This document shows positions 51,231 to 54,782 of a DNA stretch of 54,782 bases, one piece after another. The DNA comes from Burkholderiales bacterium (GTDB lineage: Bacteria; Pseudomonadota; Gammaproteobacteria; Burkholderiales; SG8-41), in contig JAYQOT010000005.1 of the NCBI GenBank assembly GCA_038144955.1, forward strand, positions 1,751 to 56,532, written 5' to 3'. Each line of letters starts with the position of its first letter. The first letter of the stretch is position 1. The translations under genes were made by a program, and so were the position numbers. The notes under the pieces were generated by a model. That model worked only from the letters and a program-made list of their open reading frames with translations, searched no databases and was not told the origin of the DNA.

Positions 51231-51551
51231 ATGAACAAACTGTTTATGATCGCCGGCTGTGCAGCGCTGCTGGCGTGCGGCACGGCACTGGCCGCCAATC
51301 CGGAAGCGGGCAAGGAGAAAGCCAAAACCTGCGCGGCCTGCCATGGTGCCGACGGCAACAGCCAGAACCCTGAATTTCCCCGCCTTGCCGGCCAGAACCG
51401 CGATTATCTGGCCAAGGCCTTGGCTGATTACAAGGCGGGTGAGCGCAAGAATGCGATCATGGCGCCGCTGGCATCCGCGCTGTCGCAGCGGGATATCGAT
51501 GATCTGGCTGCCCATTTCTCGCGCCAGACCGGTCTCGCCGTCAAATATTGA
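51231..51551 (+). CDS. Monoheme cytochrome c (c4/c553-like)
   Basis: Signal peptide, CAACH, P.LAGQ..YL..AL.DYK.G.RKN.IM; start 51225 or 51231. Confidence 0.93.
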   Translation: MNKLFMIAGCAALLACGTALAANPEAGKEKAKTCAACHGADGNSQNPEFPRLAGQNRDYLAKALADYKAGERKNAIMAPLASALSQRDIDDLAAHFSRQTGLAVKY

Positions 51552-51569
51552 TCAGTTGTCCGCTTAAGT

Positions 51570-51598
51570 AAAACGCGCCGCGATCCGGCGCGTTTTTT
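51570..51598. terminator. Rho-independent terminator (probably bidirectional)
   Basis: AAAACGCGCCG-CGATC-CGGCGCGTTTTTT between the convergent cytochrome c and nth genes. Confidence 0.88.
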
Positions 51599-51612
51599 AT
51601 GTCTGGCGATCT

Positions 51613-52242
51613 TCAGGTTTTGCCGCGGAATTCGCAGAGGTCATGGATCAGGCATTCGCCGCACCGTGGCTTGCGCGCTGTGCAGACGTAACGACCATGC
51701 AGTATCAGCCAGTGATGGGCATGCAGCCTGAATTCTTCGGGGGTGGTTTTCAGCAGTTTCCGCTCCACGGCCAGTGGATCCTTGCCGGGAGCCAGCCCGG
51801 TGCGGTTGGAGATGCGGAAGATGTGCGTATCGACCGCGATGGTCGGTTCGCCGAATGCGATGTTGAGCACGACATTCGCGGTTTTCCTGCCCACGCCAGG
51901 CAGCGCTTCAAGTGCTGCACGATCCCGCGGCACTGCGCCGTCATGCTTTTCGAGCAGCATTTTGCAGGTGCAGATGATGTTCCTGGCCTTGGTCCGGTAC
52001 AGTCCGATACGCCGGATGCAGTTCTCGAGACCGGCGATTCCCAGCTTGAGTATTGCTTTCGGCGTGTTGGCCTTGCGGTACAGCTCCCGGGTTGCCAGGT
52101 TGACGCTTTTGTCGGTGGCCTGCGCCGAAAGGATAACCGCGACCAGCAGCTCGAACGGGGTTGAATACTCGAGTTCACCGCGCGGCTCCGGATTGGCGTC
52201 GCGGAAGCGTTGATATATGGCGCGTCGTTTTGACGGATTCAT
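51613..52242 (-). CDS. nth: Endonuclease III
   Basis: LSAQATD.SVN, LPGVGRKTANVV HhH, VDTH, C-x6-C-x2-C-x5-C FeS motif. Confidence 0.98.
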   Translation of the reverse strand: MNPSKRRAIYQRFRDANPEPRGELEYSTPFELLVAVILSAQATDKSVNLATRELYRKANTPKAILKLGIAGLENCIRRIGLYRTKARNIICTCKMLLEKHDGAVPRDRAALEALPGVGRKTANVVLNIAFGEPTIAVDTHIFRISNRTGLAPGKDPLAVERKLLKTTPEEFRLHAHHWLILHGRYVCTARKPRCGECLIHDLCEFRGKT

Positions 52243-52314
52243 GGAAACGTGGGCGAAGTGTTGCGGAAATTGCGCTGTGATTATAATGGGCCGGTCATTC
52301 TTGCGGAGTCAGCG

Positions 52315-52881
52315 ATGGCCCTGATCAAGGCGGTATCCGGCGTTTGGTCGAGAATCGGACGCAGTTGCGGCGTGTATTTTCTCCTGGCGCTGGTTGCCAC
52401 TGTGGCGCTGGCCGAACCGGTCAGGGTGGAGCGTGACAGCGTGCTGCGTGCGGAGCCGCGTGCTGATGCGGCTGTGCTGGCAAAGCTGGCCGCCGGCTCC
52501 GGCGCCGAGGCGCTGGCCCGGCAGGGCGCCTGGGTGCAGGTGAAATCGGGTGACGCCACCGGCTGGTTGTTTTCCTTCGATGTCCGCTTCGGCGGCAGCG
52601 GCCAGTCTGCAGAATCATCCGGTGGGGGGGCTGCACTGGGCCGGGTGATCGGTTCGCGTCAGCCATTGAATGTCACCGCTACACTGGGAATCCGCGGACT
52701 GGGTGAAGAGGACCTCAAGCAGGCCCAATTCGACGCCGGGCAAATGCGCCAACTCGACGGGTTTGCCGCCAGCCGTGAACAGGCTGAAGCGCATGCTGCC
52801 CAGTCAGGGCTGACTGCCACCCGCATTGATTATCTGGGATCGCAGGCAGCCGGCACCGGCGAATCTGCCAAACAGCCATGA
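52315..52881 (+). CDS. Exported bacterial SH3-domain protein
   Basis: Signal peptide, LRAEP..DA, R.GAW.QV...TGW; C-terminal T.TLGIRGL.EEDL. Confidence 0.75.
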   Translation: MALIKAVSGVWSRIGRSCGVYFLLALVATVALAEPVRVERDSVLRAEPRADAAVLAKLAAGSGAEALARQGAWVQVKSGDATGWLFSFDVRFGGSGQSAESSGGGAALGRVIGSRQPLNVTATLGIRGLGEEDLKQAQFDAGQMRQLDGFAASREQAEAHAAQSGLTATRIDYLGSQAAGTGESAKQP

Positions 52882-53834
52882 GACGACTGCCGCTGACAGG
52901 ATTTTTCGTTGCCTGCGCCACAATCGTTGTGGCCATGCCCGCGTTCGCACAGAGCATTGATCTGAACCGCCTGTTCAGTATCGGGCGCGATGCCGTTACC
53001 GCGGTGTCCGGAGTCAGCGAACAGGAAGAGCTGGCAATAGGCAGGGAGATTGCCGGTCGCACCCTCGGTGCCGCACCCCTGGTCAACGATCCGGGCACGC
53101 AGGCTTACGTGAACCGTGTCGGACGCTGGCTGGCGGCGCAGAGCGAGCGGCCGGAATTGCCCTGGCGGTTCGCGGTGATCGACACCCCGTCGATCAATGC
53201 CTTTGCTGCACCCGGCGGCTATGTGCTGTTGACCCGCGGGTTGTATGAAATTCTCGATAACGAGGCGCAACTGGCGGGGGTATTGGCCCACGAAATCGCC
53301 CATATCGTGAAGCAGCATCACGTGAAGCTGCTGCAGCAAAGTGCAGCCCTTTCAGCCGGCGCCCAGCTTGCCCAGCGCGACAATCGCTCCGCTTTCGTCA
53401 ACAACCTGATCGGCAGCGGGGCCGAGGTTTTTGCACGTGGCCTCGACAAAAGTGCTGAACACGAAGCGGATGCCATGGGCATCGTGCTGGCGGCACGGGC
53501 GGGATACAACCCCTTCGGCCTGATCGATGTACTGCACAAGCTGGCGGCACGGAGTGCGGATGACGGATCACTGGCATTGCTGTTCAAGACGCATCCGCAG
53601 CCGGGGGAGCGGTTGAACGAACTGGGTACGTTGCTGAGACCTCACCTGGCACGCTTGCCGCCGGGGATGGAATTGCAGATACGCCGAATTGCCGAGGGCG
53701 CCGGTCCCATGCGTGCTGCACAACCGGTTCCAGCCGCAGGCAGTACGGGGCAACCCAGGCCCGAACAGAAACCGCAGGGCGGCGGCATCGGGATTGATCC
53801 GGGGCAATTACTGAGGGGGCTGTTCGGGCGCTGA
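52878..53834 (+). CDS. M48 family metallopeptidase (BepA/LoiP-like)
   Basis: INAFA.PGG, EAQLAGVLAHEIAH (HExxH), E.EAD, THP...ER; ATGA overlap with the SH3 gene. Confidence 0.92.
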   Translation: MRRLPLTGFFVACATIVVAMPAFAQSIDLNRLFSIGRDAVTAVSGVSEQEELAIGREIAGRTLGAAPLVNDPGTQAYVNRVGRWLAAQSERPELPWRFAVIDTPSINAFAAPGGYVLLTRGLYEILDNEAQLAGVLAHEIAHIVKQHHVKLLQQSAALSAGAQLAQRDNRSAFVNNLIGSGAEVFARGLDKSAEHEADAMGIVLAARAGYNPFGLIDVLHKLAARSADDGSLALLFKTHPQPGERLNELGTLLRPHLARLPPGMELQIRRIAEGAGPMRAAQPVPAAGSTGQPRPEQKPQGGGIGIDPGQLLRGLFGR

Positions 53835-53849
53835 GGGACGGCCAAATGG

Positions 53850-54455
53850 TCAGTGCTTGAGGGTCCCGAGGCGGTCGCGGGCCCTGGCCATCGCCCGTGC
53901 CACGGTTTCGCGCTTGCGTTTGGCTGCCGATTGGGCACGCTGCCCCAGTTTCTCCACGGCGCGTTGCCGCAGGCGCCGCTCGTGAGCCTGATGACGCTGC
54001 CGGAGACGCCCCGAAACCGAACGCTGGGTTGCACGATCCCGTGTTTCTCCCGTGGCCACCAGTGTAATGCAGTCCACCGGACAGGGTGGCAGGCACAAGG
54101 CACATCCCGTGCACTCGGCCGCGATCACCGTGTGCATCCACTTGCCGGCCCCGACGATGGCGTCAACCGGGCAGGCTTCCAGACACAACGCACAGCCGAT
54201 GCATGATGTTTCATCAATGCAGGCGACGGCCGGAGGTGCTGCGGTTCCGCAGGCAGCATCCGGCGGCAGCGGCGATATATCCAGCAACTCCGCCAATTCA
54301 GCGATCAACTCTTCGCCGCCGGGAGGACAGCGGTTGATGGCCGCACCTTTGACGGCAATGGCTTCGGCATAGGGCCTGCAGCCGGGATAACCGCAGAGCC
54401 GGCATTGCGTCTGCGGCAGCAGGGCATCGATCTGGGATGCCGACGGTGCGGTCAC
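53850..54455 (-). CDS. rnfB: RnfB/RsxB-like electron transport subunit B
   Basis: LLPQTQC..CGY.GC.PYA, IN.CPPGG, two CxxCxxCxxxCP ferredoxin motifs. Confidence 0.9.
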   Translation of the reverse strand: MTAPSASQIDALLPQTQCRLCGYPGCRPYAEAIAVKGAAINRCPPGGEELIAELAELLDISPLPPDAACGTAAPPAVACIDETSCIGCALCLEACPVDAIVGAGKWMHTVIAAECTGCALCLPPCPVDCITLVATGETRDRATQRSVSGRLRQRHQAHERRLRQRAVEKLGQRAQSAAKRKRETVARAMARARDRLGTLKH

Positions 54456-54462
54456 GGCCGAA

Positions 54463-54782
54463 TCATGCCGGGCGTGTTCCGGCGATGCTGTTTACGCATT
54501 GGGCGATCAACCCGGGTCCGGAGTAAATCAGGCCGGTATAGATCTGGATCAGTCGTGCACCTGCGGCCATGCGCGCAGCGGCATCCGCTCCCGTCATGAT
54601 GCCGCCGACGCCGATTACCGGGATCGCGTCGCCCAGTGCCGCCGCGAGGCGTGCGGTGACTGCCTGGGCCCGCGCGGTCAGCGGGGCGCCGCTGAGTCCT
54701 CCCGCTTCGCTGCCGTGCGGCAGATGCGCTACGGAATCCCGTGCGATGGTGGTATTGGTGGCAATCACGGCATCGATGCCGT
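54463..54782 (-). CDS. pyrD: Quinone-dependent dihydroorotate dehydrogenase (5' truncated by window edge)
   Basis: [33 protein letters not shown]. Confidence 0.95.
   Translation of the reverse strand, partial: GIDAVIATNTTIARDSVAHLPHGSEAGGLSGAPLTARAQAVTARLAAALGDAIPVIGVGGIMTGADAAARMAAGARLIQIYTGLIYSGPGLIAQCVNSIAGTRPA

Overview
High-GC betaproteobacterial chromosome segment, inferred from the Bug/TctC and TcuA-like genes and the glnE-yhdP-nit-tldD-aroG and ilvE-zf-waaF gene order. It holds about 57 CDS; I saw no rRNA, tRNA, CRISPR array, prophage or intact transposase. Much of it is housekeeping (thiL, pgpA, cinA/pncC, recA, recX, alaS, algC, waaF, ilvE, glnE, yhdP, tldD, aroG, btuF, pduO, nth, rnfB, pyrD). 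Interspersed catabolic genes share an organosulfur/C1 theme: a methanesulfonate-monooxygenase-like msmAB pair lacking ferredoxin and reductase, frmA, a TauE-type exporter, a signal-peptide-less SsuA/THI5-fold protein, and a divergent ComA-like + TcuA-like + class II aldolase cluster. Notable non-coding signals: (i) a 142-bp MITE with CTAA target duplication filling the divergent promoter region of gluQ; (ii) a ~145-nt rod-like hairpin between recA and recX that buries the recX start codon; (iii) a 27-bp AT-rich IHF-like motif in six intergenic gaps, twice directly abutting a start codon. All family calls come from motif recognition only; no database searches were run.
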